DNA of 64,000 bases from an uncultured Clostridia bacterium. GTDB taxonomy: Bacteria; Bacillota; Clostridia; TANB77; CAG-465. The position numbers and the translations under genes are program-made. The stretch covers positions 44,710 through 108,709 of the forward strand of contig CARYZD010000007.1 in assembly GCA_949106495.1 (NCBI GenBank). The letters are read 5' to 3'. Each line of letters begins with the position of its first letter. The stretch's first letter is position 1. The notes beneath the pieces were generated by a model. That model was given only the letters and a program-made list of their open reading frames with translations. It did not search any database and was not told where the DNA came from. Of this stretch, positions 22,426-32,818 are shown piece by piece.

Positions 22426-22540
22426 TTGACTTTCATATTTTTTTATTGTATAATAACATTATAGTAATTATTTACTTTGAGTAAAATTTTTTAAATAAAA
22501 TAAAGTAGGTAGATGTGAACTGCCTACTTTTATTTTTATT
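22426..22540 (+). ncRNA. candidate small RNA: consensus promoter, ~80-nt transcript ending in hairpin element 3
   Basis: TTGACT-17-TATAAT (22426-22454) on the plus strand. Hairpin gtaggtag-ATGTGAA-ctgcctac (22505-22527) plus T-tract lies 50-85 nt downstream. This is a 36-bp near-identical copy of element 1 and doubles as the prkC terminator. Confidence 0.4.
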
Positions 22541-22543
22541 AAT

Positions 22544-24523
22544 TTAAAAATTTTCTTCCCCACTTTTAATTAGTGAATCGTTTACTAAAATATTATAGCT
22601 TAATTTCTCATATCCATTTATAGTAAATGTTATTTGATTTTTCTCGCTATCATATTTAAATGTTGTATTGTTTAAAGCTCCACCATCAACACTTACTCTT
22701 ACTGCTATTTCATTTTGTTTTGTTCCTTCTGGTATTCCACCAACAGTCACTGTTTTATTTACAAGTCTTCTGTTAACAGTTAATTTTATTAAGTCTCCTT
22801 CTTTAAGCACTGAATTTGTTGGATATGATTGAGATAACACTGTTCCATTTAATTTATATTCATCTTCACCATATTCAATTTCAACTTTTAATTTTTTGCT
22901 TTCTAAAGTGGATTTTGCCTCATTTATTGTTTTCCCTACAACACTTGGTACAACTACTTCTGGTTTTCCATCTCCAGAGCTTACTTTTACTTTTATAACA
23001 CTACCATATGGTCTTTCTACATCTTTATACTCTTGAGATATAACTATGCCAGCAGCTACTGTATCAGATACTTCTTGTTCTTGCTCAACTATAAAACCTT
23101 GAGTATTTTCAAGTTCATATTTAGCTACTTTAATGTCTTTACCTTCTATATTTGATACTTTAACAAGTTTTGTTCCCTTACTTACTTCTACTGATATTCT
23201 TTTTTCTGTAGTTTTAGTTCCTGCTTCTGGCTTTTGAGTTATTATTTGTCCCTCTTCATATTCTGTATTATACTCAGCACTTGTCTGTGTTATTGTATAT
23301 CCAAGTTTTTCGTATTCTGCTCTTATATCATCAATATTTTTTCCAATAACATATGGAATTTCAACTTCTTCATCTTTACCATTATTAACTATTTTTCTAA
23401 TAAAATATCCAAATACAAGTCCTACCACTATTATTACACATAATATCGATGCAATTATAATCTTCTTTTTCTTAGCCAAGTCTTTTTTATCTTCTTCTTT
23501 TGAAGATACTTCTTCAATCTCTTCTACTTTAGATTCTCTTGATTGTGGAATAGAATATGCTGTTCTTGATGAAGTTTGTCTTGTTCTAATATTTGGTACT
23601 GCATTTTCCTCATCTATATCATTTAAAACAGGTATTACTTGTGTTGAACCAGCTCCAATTGAACTTCCAGACCTTGGTATAACACTATTTGAAGGTTTGG
23701 CAAGTGCAATTGATATATCTGTTAACATCTGTGTTGCAGTTTGATATCTTGTTGCAGTAGATTTTTCCATTGCTTTCATAATTATCTCATTAAGTGGTTC
23801 ACTAACATTTGGATTAACTTCTTTAGGCTCTACAGGCATCTCTTGAATATGTTTTAATGCCACTGAAACAGCAGATTCTGCATCAAATGGAAGTTTTCCT
23901 GTTGCCATTTCATACATTACTACACCTAAAGAATATAGGTCAGATTTTGCATCTGTATAACCACCTTTAGCATGTTCTGGTGAAAAATAATGTACTGATC
24001 CCATTGTTTTTCCAAAACTAGTTATTGTTGCTGATGTAGTATTTGCAACTTTTGCTATACCAAAGTCTGCAACTTTTGCAACTAAATTTTGATTTAATAT
24101 TATATTTTGTGGCTTAATATCTCTATGTACAACATGAGCTTTATGCGCAGCCTCAAGAGCAGAAGCAATTTGAGCTGCTATTTTTAATGTTATTTCGCTT
24201 GAAAGTGGACCTTTAGACTCTATATAATCTTTTAAAGTCTTGCTTTCTAAAAGTTCCATAACAATATAACTTATTCCTTTATCTTCTCCTACATCAAAAA
24301 CAGATACAATATTTGGATGAATAAGAGAAGCTGCACTTTGTGCCTCAGCTCTAAATCTTTTAACAAAAACTTCATCTTTTGAAAATTCATCTTTTAAAAT
24401 TTTAACAGCAACATATCTGTTTAATATATTATCTCTGGCTTTATATACACAAGCCATTCCGCCTTCTCCAACTTTTTCTATAATCTCATATCTACCATCA
24501 AGAATTCTACCTATTAATTCCAT
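22544..24523 (-). CDS. prkC: Ser/Thr protein kinase with PASTA repeats
   Basis: Hanks kinase subdomains (GEGGMACVYKA, HRDIKPQN, DFG, SPE); TM segment; three PASTA repeats plus C-terminal Ig-like domain. Start set at MELIGR (AAAGGGGAG RBS). Confidence 0.95.
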   Translation of the reverse strand: MELIGRILDGRYEIIEKVGEGGMACVYKARDNILNRYVAVKILKDEFSKDEVFVKRFRAEAQSAASLIHPNIVSVFDVGEDKGISYIVMELLESKTLKDYIESKGPLSSEITLKIAAQIASALEAAHKAHVVHRDIKPQNIILNQNLVAKVADFGIAKVANTTSATITSFGKTMGSVHYFSPEHAKGGYTDAKSDLYSLGVVMYEMATGKLPFDAESAVSVALKHIQEMPVEPKEVNPNVSEPLNEIIMKAMEKSTATRYQTATQMLTDISIALAKPSNSVIPRSGSSIGAGSTQVIPVLNDIDEENAVPNIRTRQTSSRTAYSIPQSRESKVEEIEEVSSKEEDKKDLAKKKKIIIASILCVIIVVGLVFGYFIRKIVNNGKDEEVEIPYVIGKNIDDIRAEYEKLGYTITQTSAEYNTEYEEGQIITQKPEAGTKTTEKRISVEVSKGTKLVKVSNIEGKDIKVAKYELENTQGFIVEQEQEVSDTVAAGIVISQEYKDVERPYGSVIKVKVSSGDGKPEVVVPSVVGKTINEAKSTLESKKLKVEIEYGEDEYKLNGTVLSQSYPTNSVLKEGDLIKLTVNRRLVNKTVTVGGIPEGTKQNEIAVRVSVDGGALNNTTFKYDSEKNQITFTINGYEKLSYNILVNDSLIKSGEENF

Positions 24524-24536
24524 AAATGTCTCCCCT

Positions 24537-25274
24537 TTATATTTCCACAACTATAACAGTTGTATTATCTGTACCACCATTTCTGTTAGCTTTATCTACT
24601 AGAGTATCTGCTAAAGAAGAAAATTCAGTATTTATAACTGTTTGTAAAATATCTTCATTTGTTAACATATTAGTAAGTCCATCAGAACATAGTATTAAAT
24701 ATCCTTTATTCTTTAATAATATGTCTACTTGTAAATCTACTTTATTAAAAATGCCAAGGGCTTTTGTTAACATATGTTTTTGTGGATGTGTATCTACTTC
24801 ACTTTTTTTAATTAATTTTTTTCTTAATAGTTCATTTACATATGTATCATCTTCTGTAATTTGTTCAATATCTTGTTTTATTTCATCAATATAATATAAT
24901 CTGCTATCTCCTACTGATTCATAGTATATATTTCCATTAATTTTTCCTACAAGTACAATTGTTGTTCCCATACCTTTATATTTAGGATTAGCCATTTGCA
25001 TACTATATATCTTTTCATTTGTAACTTGTATAAGTTGTTTAAAAAATTGCTTAACATCATGTTCATCTGATTTTTTTAAAGTATCTAAATTAACTTCAAA
25101 ATTATCTCTTATATTATTTACTGCAACTTTACTTGCAACTTCTCCACTAGAATATCCGCCTAGTCCATCAGCAACAACAAATAGAGCTGTGTTTTCATCA
25201 TATATTCTTGCGTATAAATTATCTTCATTATTTTCTCTTTTAAGTCCAACATCTGTCCTAGCTGTATATCTCAT
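24537..25274 (-). CDS. stp: PP2C-family Ser/Thr phosphatase
   Basis: RTDVGLKRENNED, VADGLGG, DG motifs; start at MRYTAR with AAGAGGTG RBS. Confidence 0.9.
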   Translation of the reverse strand: MRYTARTDVGLKRENNEDNLYARIYDENTALFVVADGLGGYSSGEVASKVAVNNIRDNFEVNLDTLKKSDEHDVKQFFKQLIQVTNEKIYSMQMANPKYKGMGTTIVLVGKINGNIYYESVGDSRLYYIDEIKQDIEQITEDDTYVNELLRKKLIKKSEVDTHPQKHMLTKALGIFNKVDLQVDILLKNKGYLILCSDGLTNMLTNEDILQTVINTEFSSLADTLVDKANRNGGTDNTTVIVVEI

Positions 25275-25331
25275 TATTTCACCTCTTATTTTCATATTAT
25301 AGCAAAGAAATAAAACATTTTTCAAGTCCTT

Positions 25332-26411
25332 TTAACCATTCTCTTTTAATGTATACTTTTTATCCTTAAATTCGTCTGTTTTGTCTATATATTTTTTTCT
25401 TAATTGCCCACAAGCTGCATCAATATCTGAACCAAGTTCACGTCTTACAGTTGTGACTACACCACATGAATTAAGAGTATTCATAAACTCTTCAATATGT
25501 TTTTCTGGAGCTTTTTTATATACACCATTTTTTATTTCATTTACTGGTATCAAATTAACATGAGCAATCATTCCTCTTAGAAGTTTTGCTAAAGCTAGTG
25601 CATCCTCTTTTGAGTCATTTTGACCATAGATTAAAGCATATTCAAATGAAATACGTCTTCCTGTTATTTTAATATATTCTTTACATGCGTCTAATATTTC
25701 TTTTATTGTATATTTATTTGCAATAGGCATTGTTTCTCTACGTTTTTGATCTGTTGTTGCATGAAGAGAAATAGAAAGTGTACATTGTATATTCTCTTTT
25801 GCCAAACGATATATATTAGGTACTAATCCACATGTAGATAAACTTATATGTCTTGCACCAATATTTAATCCTAAAGGATAATTAATTTGTCTTATTGATT
25901 TTACAACATTATCATAATTATCCAGTGGCTCACCTATTCCCATATATACTATATTTGATATTTTCTCACCTGAATATCTTTCTACTGTATGTAATTGTCC
26001 TTCGATTTCTGATGCTAAAAGTGGTCTTACAAAACCTTCTTTAGTTGAAGCACAAAATTTACACCCCATTTTACATCCAACTTCACTTGAAACACAGATA
26101 GTATTTCCATGATTATATTTCATTAATACAGATTCTATTGCATTATGGTCTGGAAGTTCAATCAAAAACTTCATAGTTCCATCTTTTTTAGATACTTGAC
26201 ATTCTAAAACTTTTAATTCTAATATATATGTTTTTTCTCTTAATTTTTCTCTTAAAGCTTTAGATATATCTGTCATTTGCTCAAAATCTGTTATTTTTTC
26301 CCTATGTATCCATTTAAAAATTTGACGAGCATGAAATTTTTTCTCTCCTAAGTCTTCAATAAATTTTTCAAGTTCTTCAAATGTTAACTCATTTATATTT
26401 ATTTTTTCCAT
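25332..26411 (-). CDS. rlmN: 23S rRNA/tRNA A2503/A37 C2-methyltransferase
   Basis: Radical SAM CKMGCKFC and the family C-terminal Cys; start at MEKININ (AAAGGAG RBS). Confidence 0.9.
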   Translation of the reverse strand: MEKININELTFEELEKFIEDLGEKKFHARQIFKWIHREKITDFEQMTDISKALREKLREKTYILELKVLECQVSKKDGTMKFLIELPDHNAIESVLMKYNHGNTICVSSEVGCKMGCKFCASTKEGFVRPLLASEIEGQLHTVERYSGEKISNIVYMGIGEPLDNYDNVVKSIRQINYPLGLNIGARHISLSTCGLVPNIYRLAKENIQCTLSISLHATTDQKRRETMPIANKYTIKEILDACKEYIKITGRRISFEYALIYGQNDSKEDALALAKLLRGMIAHVNLIPVNEIKNGVYKKAPEKHIEEFMNTLNSCGVVTTVRRELGSDIDAACGQLRKKYIDKTDEFKDKKYTLKENG

Positions 26412-26525
26412 TTTTTCTCCTTTTATTAACATATATATGATACTACAAATTATGTAAATTTTCAAGGAATTTAAAAGAAAAATAGATGTACTCTTCTAAA
26501 AACAGAGTACATCTTTTACAAATTA

Positions 26526-26828
26526 TTATTCACCTTCAATTTTTATAAATCCATCATTGACTTTTACATATTTTCTTTTTTTATTTTTTTCCATTTTATT
26601 TTCTATTTGTTCTTTCAAATCATAACCTAATATCTCAGAAAGACCTAAAAGATAAATAGCCACATCTGCAAGTTCTTCTCCCAAATCACTTTTCCCTTTT
26701 AAATATGCTTCATATGCTTCTGACACTTCACCATATAAATAACAAAATTCCATAGGTACATCTGTCACATTAAAGCCCTTATCTAATTTATTTTGATAAA
26801 CTTTCTTTTGCATTTCTGATAATTCCAT
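26526..26828 (-). CDS. MazG-like nucleotide pyrophosphohydrolase domain protein
   Basis: Small all-alpha EExxE-type (GEVSEAYEAY ... EELADVAIY); start at MELSEM, which follows GGGAGG. Confidence 0.55.
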   Translation of the reverse strand: MELSEMQKKVYQNKLDKGFNVTDVPMEFCYLYGEVSEAYEAYLKGKSDLGEELADVAIYLLGLSEILGYDLKEQIENKMEKNKKRKYVKVNDGFIKIEGE

Positions 26829-26848
26829 TAAAGTTTTTCCTCCCAAAT

Positions 26849-27802
26849 TTATATAAATTTATCCATCATATTCAATCTATTTCCGGCCATAAATGCTTTA
26901 ATATCCATTCTTTTTGAATTTTCTGGCTGTATTTGATTTATAATAACATATCCATCTTTACATCTAATATATAATGAATCTTTAGACATAAGTAGTATAT
27001 CTCCTGGCTCAACTGTATTATCTATTGAATCATCTTCTATATAATCTACACCAAATACTTTAAATTTTCTACCATCTTCAAGTTCCATATAAGTTCCAGG
27101 AAATGGAGATAGCCCCCTAACAAAATTAAAGATTTCTCTTGAATTTTTATTAAAATCTATTTTAGTCATTTCTCTTGTAATCATTGGAGCTATTGTTCCC
27201 TCTTCTGGTTGAGGTGTTCTAATTATTGTGCCATCTACTACTTTATCTATTGTTTCAACAAGAAGCTTTGCCCCTATTACCATTAATTTATCATGAATAT
27301 CTTCTAAATTATATTCATCTTTTATATCGATTTCTTCTTTTAAAAGCATATCTCCTGTATCCATACCAACATCCATAAACATAGTTGTTATTCCTGTTTT
27401 TGATTCACCATTAATTATAGACCATTGCATAGGGGCAGCTCCTCTATATTTAGGAAGTAATGAACCATGTACATTAATACATCCATATTTTGGTAACTCT
27501 AATATTTCTTTTGGAAGTATTTTTCCATACGCAACAACAGCTATAACATCTGGATTTAATTTCTTTAAAGTCTCTAGTACTTCTTCATTTTTTCTTACTT
27601 TTTTAGGTTGATAAACAGGAATTTCTTTTTCTATTGCATATTCTTTTACAGCTGATGCTTTAAGTTTCATACCACGTCCAGAAGGTTTATCTGGGTTTGT
27701 AAAACAACCTACAATATTAAATCCTGCTTCATATAACTCTATTAAAGACTCCCTTGCAAATTCAGGTGTTCCCATAAAAACTATTCTAATGTCTTTTCTC
27801 AT
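26849..27802 (-). CDS. fmt: methionyl-tRNA formyltransferase
   Basis: IVFMGTPEFA N-terminus; formyl-transferase HGSLLP motif; C-terminal domain. Confidence 0.95.
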   Translation of the reverse strand: MRKDIRIVFMGTPEFARESLIELYEAGFNIVGCFTNPDKPSGRGMKLKASAVKEYAIEKEIPVYQPKKVRKNEEVLETLKKLNPDVIAVVAYGKILPKEILELPKYGCINVHGSLLPKYRGAAPMQWSIINGESKTGITTMFMDVGMDTGDMLLKEEIDIKDEYNLEDIHDKLMVIGAKLLVETIDKVVDGTIIRTPQPEEGTIAPMITREMTKIDFNKNSREIFNFVRGLSPFPGTYMELEDGRKFKVFGVDYIEDDSIDNTVEPGDILLMSKDSLYIRCKDGYVIINQIQPENSKRMDIKAFMAGNRLNMMDKFI

Positions 27803-27854
27803 TTTATTCCTCCATTTCTATATATAAAAAGATTAAGACGATAAAATCTTAATC

Positions 27855-28748
27855 TTAAATATTAATTTCTATTTTATTATACACTAACTTATCTTCTTTT
27901 ATATTAAAATATACTTCTACTTTTCCAATAGTCTTGTTTGTAGTAATACTATCATCTAAGCTATAAAGAATATATTGAGTTGTAACTAGCTCTAAAATAC
28001 CATCATTATTTATATCTTTAAACTCAAATTTAGAAAATTTATCTCTTAGGTATGTTTCCCTATATTTTTTTAAATCTAATTTTGAATTTGTAAAATCTAA
28101 ACTCTTTACATCCTTATATTCTTTTAAATAATCTTTTCCATAATTATCTAATTTAACTGTTAATATATTAGGATTTCCTTCATCTCTAATTGTATCTATG
28201 GTATATCCTAAAAACTCTTTAGATGTTGTATTTCCAATTATATCAATTACCTTATTATCTTTTATTTTTATTAAATCTATATTACCACTATAATCTGATA
28301 TTAAAAAATATCTATCATTTTCATCTTCTATTATTTTCAAAGTTACATCTGGTTCAAAAGAAGTTTTTGTATCATATTTTATAATATCATTAGTTTTTCC
28401 ATCAATAACAACAAAAGTTACCTCATTATACATTTCTAAAGTAGAATTTAAAGTATCTGTGCCACTTCTTTTCTCTTTTCCCATAATGAAGACAAAATCT
28501 AAGTTATTATCTTCATTGATATCTTTTTTATATATTCTAATTATACTATTATCTTCTATATCTATTTTACCAGAGATTTCTTTTTCATATAGTTTTTTTA
28601 GTCCTATTTCAGAATCTTCATATTTATTTAAAAAATATATACTTAATCCAATCAATGTAAATAGTGTTATTAATAACAAGGCTTTTTTTAATCTCTTAAA
28701 TGAAAAAGAAAAACCAATATCTTTAATAATTTTAGAAAATTTTATCAT
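27855..28748 (-). CDS. hypothetical membrane-anchored protein (297 aa) inserted between fmt and def
   Basis: N-terminal TM helix then a K/D/N-rich extracytoplasmic domain; no motif. Confidence 0.4.
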   Translation of the reverse strand: MIKFSKIIKDIGFSFSFKRLKKALLLITLFTLIGLSIYFLNKYEDSEIGLKKLYEKEISGKIDIEDNSIIRIYKKDINEDNNLDFVFIMGKEKRSGTDTLNSTLEMYNEVTFVVIDGKTNDIIKYDTKTSFEPDVTLKIIEDENDRYFLISDYSGNIDLIKIKDNKVIDIIGNTTSKEFLGYTIDTIRDEGNPNILTVKLDNYGKDYLKEYKDVKSLDFTNSKLDLKKYRETYLRDKFSKFEFKDINNDGILELVTTQYILYSLDDSITTNKTIGKVEVYFNIKEDKLVYNKIEINI

Positions 28749-28771
28749 TTTACCACCTTTATCTTTTGTAT

Positions 28772-29242
28772 CTACTTTTGCTCTGCAACTCTATCTAAAA
28801 ATACAATTCCATCTAAATGGTCTATTTCATGTTGAAGTACAACAGCTTCAATATCTCTAGCATTGATTTTTTTCTTTTTACCATCAATATCTATATATTC
28901 TACTGTAACTTTTTCATGTCTTAATACATTATCATAAATGTCTGGAAAAGATAAACATCCTTCTTCCACTTCTATCATAGATTTTGAACGAGATGTAATT
29001 TTAGGATTAATTAATATATGACCTTCTTTTTTACCATCTTCTCCAATATAACTAACATCATATACAATAACTCTTTTTAAAATACCTACTTGGCTTGCTG
29101 CAAGACCAATGCCATCATTTTTATACATTGTATCTAGCATATCTTGTCCAAGTTCTATAATTTTTTCATCAACTTTTTCTACTTCTCTACATTTTTTAGT
29201 TAAAATGTCATCTCCATCTTTTCTTATTTCTCTAATAGCCAT
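28772..29242 (-). CDS. def: peptide deformylase
   Basis: GxGxAAxQ, EGCLS, HEIDHL motifs. Confidence 0.95.
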   Translation of the reverse strand: MAIREIRKDGDDILTKKCREVEKVDEKIIELGQDMLDTMYKNDGIGLAASQVGILKRVIVYDVSYIGEDGKKEGHILINPKITSRSKSMIEVEEGCLSFPDIYDNVLRHEKVTVEYIDIDGKKKKINARDIEAVVLQHEIDHLDGIVFLDRVAEQK

Positions 29243-29258
29243 TAATATTTTTCCTCCA

Positions 29259-31757
29259 TTATAATTCTATATCAATTTTTGATCTGGTTTGTGAATTTTC
29301 TACATTTTCTGCAACATTAGTTGTAACCATATTATTATCTTCTACCATGCTATCATCATCTGTAGAGTCATTCCCACCCATTTTTAATTCTTGCCATTCT
29401 TTCTTTGAAATTAATACTTGTCTTGGTTTGCTTCCATCATATCCTGAGATTAATCCTCTTGCTTCCATTTGGTCAACTATTCTTCCAGCTCTTGAATATC
29501 CAATTTTAAATCTTCTTTGTAACATAGAAGCAGATGCTTGACCCATATCCATTACAAGTTCTATTGCCTCATCTAATAACTCATCTGCATCATCTCTTGA
29601 ACCTTCATCTGAAGTATTTCCTTTATTATCTGGATTATTTACAGTCTCTATAGATTTTATTATATCTTCACTATATGTAACATTTGAATTTTCTTTTATA
29701 TTTTCAACTATCTTTTCTATTTCACCTTCTGAAATAAATGTACCTTGTATTCTTAATGGCTTATTTTCTCCTACAGGGTAATATAACATATCTCCTTTAC
29801 CAAGTAGTTTTTCAGCACCTGCCATATCCAATATTGTTCTTGAATCTACTTGTGAAGATACAGTAAATGCAATACGTGATGGTACATTTGCTTTAATTAA
29901 ACCAGTAATAACATCTACAGATGGTCTTTGTGTTGCAATTACTAAATGCATACCACAAGCTCTTGCTTTTTGGGCAATACGACATATTGCTGTTTCAACA
30001 TCATTTGGTGCAACCATCATTAAATCTGCAAGCTCATCTATAATTATTACCATTTGAGGAAGTTTTATTCCTTCTTCTTCTTTTTCCATTAGAGTATTGT
30101 ATCCTTTTAAATCTTTTACTCCATGATCAGCAAATAATTTATATCTATTTTCCATTTCTTGAACAGCCCAATTAAGAGCTCCTGCTGCTTTTTTTGCATC
30201 TGTTACAACAGGTATAAGTAAATGTGGTATACCATTATATCCAGAAAGTTCAACCATTTTAGGGTCAATTAGTATCATTTTTACTTCACTAGGTTTAGCT
30301 TTATATAATAATGATACAATAATTGAATTAATACATACAGATTTTCCTGAACCTGTAGAACCTGCAATTAACATATGGGGCATCTTAGAAATATCTCCTA
30401 CACATACTTCTCCTGCAGCATCTCTACCAAGTGCAAAACATATCTTTGATTTATGATTTTTAAATGTATCTGAATCTACTACTTCTTTTAACATTACAGA
30501 TTCTGCCACAGCATTTGGAATTTCAATACCAACAGCAGATTTTCCTGGAATTGGTGCTTCCATTCTTATACTTTTGGCTGCAAGGTTTAATGCAATGTCA
30601 TCTGTAAGTCCAACTATTTTTGAAACCTTAACACCTGTACTTGGAGTTAATTCATATCTTGTTACTGTAGGACCTTTTGTTATATTTGTAACTCTTGCAT
30701 CTACTCCAAAACTTGCTAATGTCTTTTGAAGTCTAACAGCAACAGCATGAATTGCTTTTCTATCAAAGGCTTCACCTGCTTTTGGCTCACTAAGAAGTTC
30801 AATTGATGGAAACTCATAATTATCATCTTCAACATGGGCAATATGATCTATTGTTAATACTTCTTTTACAGTTTTATCTTCTTTTTCTTCTTTTTGAAGT
30901 TTAAAGAATTCATCTCTTTTTTGTTTTCCTTTAATTTCAGCTTCTGTAGGTTTTCCTCCAAGTTTGTTAAAATCAAACTCAACTTGTTCTGTCTTATCTA
31001 GTTCTAAATTTTCTTCTACATTTGAGCTTCCTTTTTCTCTAAGTTTTTCTTGTCTTTCTTGTTCTTTTTCTATTTTTGCTTTTTCTCTTCTTGAAAGTTT
31101 TGGAACTTTATTTCCAAAATTATCTGTATATTCATATTTTTTAACTTCATCATCTCTAAATAAAGTATTAATTATTCCATTTAAATGATCAACCATATAA
31201 TTAAATCCATATGATACTGCACCAAAAAATTGTTTGAAAGAAATATTATATATAAATAATGCTGTTATAAATGTAATTAGTGGGCAAATTATACAAGCTG
31301 GTATATTGCCAACAATCCCTGCTATTGCTCCACCTACTATTGTTCCAATTGCTCCACCATAATTTTGTTTAGCAATTCCTGTATTTACACTATCAACAAT
31401 TGTTTTTATTGGATTTGAATATATATTAACATTTGGTTCTGTAAATACAGTCAAAGTAGCTGAGATAAGTACAACTACTATTAATCCTTTTCTTATTTCA
31501 GTAAGACAATTTATTCTTTTTTCAGACATTATACAGTATGTTCCTATAATCATTAATAAAATCGGAAATGTATATGCTGATTTTCCTAATGCTCCTAAGA
31601 AAATAACTTTACAAATTTGGGCAAAACTACCAACATTTTTAAATCCAATAAATATAGCTAAAATTAGACCAAATACTACCAAAAATCCGCCTAACATATC
31701 ATTAGTAATAGTTTTTTGCTCTTTTCTACTTGGTCTGCCTCTTTTTCCTCTTCCCAT
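29259..31757 (-). CDS. ftsK: DNA translocase FtsK/SpoIIIE
   Basis: N-terminal TM helices; Walker A GSTGSGKS; C-terminal gamma winged-helix domain. Confidence 0.95.
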   Translation of the reverse strand: MGRGKRGRPSRKEQKTITNDMLGGFLVVFGLILAIFIGFKNVGSFAQICKVIFLGALGKSAYTFPILLMIIGTYCIMSEKRINCLTEIRKGLIVVVLISATLTVFTEPNVNIYSNPIKTIVDSVNTGIAKQNYGGAIGTIVGGAIAGIVGNIPACIICPLITFITALFIYNISFKQFFGAVSYGFNYMVDHLNGIINTLFRDDEVKKYEYTDNFGNKVPKLSRREKAKIEKEQERQEKLREKGSSNVEENLELDKTEQVEFDFNKLGGKPTEAEIKGKQKRDEFFKLQKEEKEDKTVKEVLTIDHIAHVEDDNYEFPSIELLSEPKAGEAFDRKAIHAVAVRLQKTLASFGVDARVTNITKGPTVTRYELTPSTGVKVSKIVGLTDDIALNLAAKSIRMEAPIPGKSAVGIEIPNAVAESVMLKEVVDSDTFKNHKSKICFALGRDAAGEVCVGDISKMPHMLIAGSTGSGKSVCINSIIVSLLYKAKPSEVKMILIDPKMVELSGYNGIPHLLIPVVTDAKKAAGALNWAVQEMENRYKLFADHGVKDLKGYNTLMEKEEEGIKLPQMVIIIDELADLMMVAPNDVETAICRIAQKARACGMHLVIATQRPSVDVITGLIKANVPSRIAFTVSSQVDSRTILDMAGAEKLLGKGDMLYYPVGENKPLRIQGTFISEGEIEKIVENIKENSNVTYSEDIIKSIETVNNPDNKGNTSDEGSRDDADELLDEAIELVMDMGQASASMLQRRFKIGYSRAGRIVDQMEARGLISGYDGSKPRQVLISKKEWQELKMGGNDSTDDDSMVEDNNMVTTNVAENVENSQTRSKIDIEL

Positions 31758-31786
31758 TTTTAATCACAACCTCTACTAAAAATAAC

Positions 31787-32224
31787 TTATTTCAATTCCC
31801 TTCTATTGTTATGCACAATATCCATTGTTTCTCTTAGTACGTTTTCTATTTTCTCTAATACACTATCTGCATACTCTCTTGTTCCATCTGATATCTCTTT
31901 AGATACTTTATTAGCATTTTCAATAATTTCTTCTTTTTGAGCTAAAGCTTGCTTTGTTATCTCATGCTCATCAATTAAATTTATTATTTTCCCCTCTGTT
32001 TCTTTTAACACTTTTTGTGCTTCAAGTTCTGCATCAGAAATAATTCTTTGTCTTTCTTCTTTAACCCATTTTGCTTGTTTTAATTCATCTGGAAGCTTAA
32101 GTCTTATTTCTTCTATTATATCTCTTAACTCTCCTGCATCTACCATAACCTTAGTTGAAAAAGGTACCTTAGAACCTGATTCTAAGATTTCTTCTAAATT
32201 CTCTAACAATGTGAATACTTCCAT
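31787..32224 (-). CDS. hypothetical coiled-coil protein (145 aa)
   Basis: E/K-rich helical ORF; no motif. Confidence 0.4.
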   Translation of the reverse strand: MEVFTLLENLEEILESGSKVPFSTKVMVDAGELRDIIEEIRLKLPDELKQAKWVKEERQRIISDAELEAQKVLKETEGKIINLIDEHEITKQALAQKEEIIENANKVSKEISDGTREYADSVLEKIENVLRETMDIVHNNRRELK

Positions 32225-32228
32225 TTTA

Positions 32229-32816
32229 CTACCTCCATTTATACATCTTCAAAACTACATTTCCATAAGCTCGCTCATCAATACATTGCAGATTTTTAAA
32301 ACTATTTAGAATCTCTGCCTTATTATTTTTTTCTAGCTTTAAAAGAAAATTTTTATCTGTTTCATATATAATTATGCCATCTTTCTTTAAAAACTGATTC
32401 TCAGATTCAGATATTTTATCCAAAGTATCTATAGCTAAATTGCTATCATACGGTGGATCTAAAAATATTACGTCAAATACCATTTCTTCCTTGGCAATTT
32501 GATTTAGACATTTTGCATAATCTTTCTTTGTTATTTTAACACATTCCAAACTATTAGTCAACTTAGCATTAGATAATATAGTTGAAACGCTAAGGCTATC
32601 TTTGTCGTTTATCCACGCAAATTCTGCACCTCTACTAATAGCTTCTAAAGCTAAATTTCCTGTACCACCAAAAAGGTCTAATACACTTGCATCTTTTATA
32701 TAGCCATCTATAATTGAAAACAAGGCTTCTTTTACTCTATCCAAAGTTGGTCTTGTTTTTTCTGTTTTAGGACTATTTAATCTTTTTGCTTTAGCTCGTC
32801 CTGCAATTATTCTCAC
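32229..32816 (-). CDS. rsmD: 16S rRNA (guanine966-N2)-methyltransferase
   Basis: LDLFGGTG and DPPY motifs. Confidence 0.88.
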   Translation of the reverse strand: MRIIAGRAKAKRLNSPKTEKTRPTLDRVKEALFSIIDGYIKDASVLDLFGGTGNLALEAISRGAEFAWINDKDSLSVSTILSNAKLTNSLECVKITKKDYAKCLNQIAKEEMVFDVIFLDPPYDSNLAIDTLDKISESENQFLKKDGIIIYETDKNFLLKLEKNNKAEILNSFKNLQCIDERAYGNVVLKMYKWR

Positions 32817-32818
32817 TT

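Noticed and set aside
22000-22543. CRISPR array or transposon in the prkC-rsgA spacer.
   Set aside because: There are only three hairpin copies and no regularly spaced direct repeats, no spacers of uniform length, and no transposase or TIRs. It is treated as repeat/sRNA elements instead.
26466-26525. Hairpin (aaagatgtactctgtttttagaagagtacatctatttt) between rlmN and the MazG-like gene considered as a regulatory element.
   Set aside because: It is more likely a simple intra-operon partial terminator. Its position downstream of the MazG-like stop fits a terminator, and there is no further support for a regulatory role.
31787-32224. Possible ATP-synthase-subunit-like or cell-division coiled-coil protein.
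   Set aside because: The composition is generic E/K-rich coiled coil, and I cannot assign a family from sequence alone. It is left as hypothetical.
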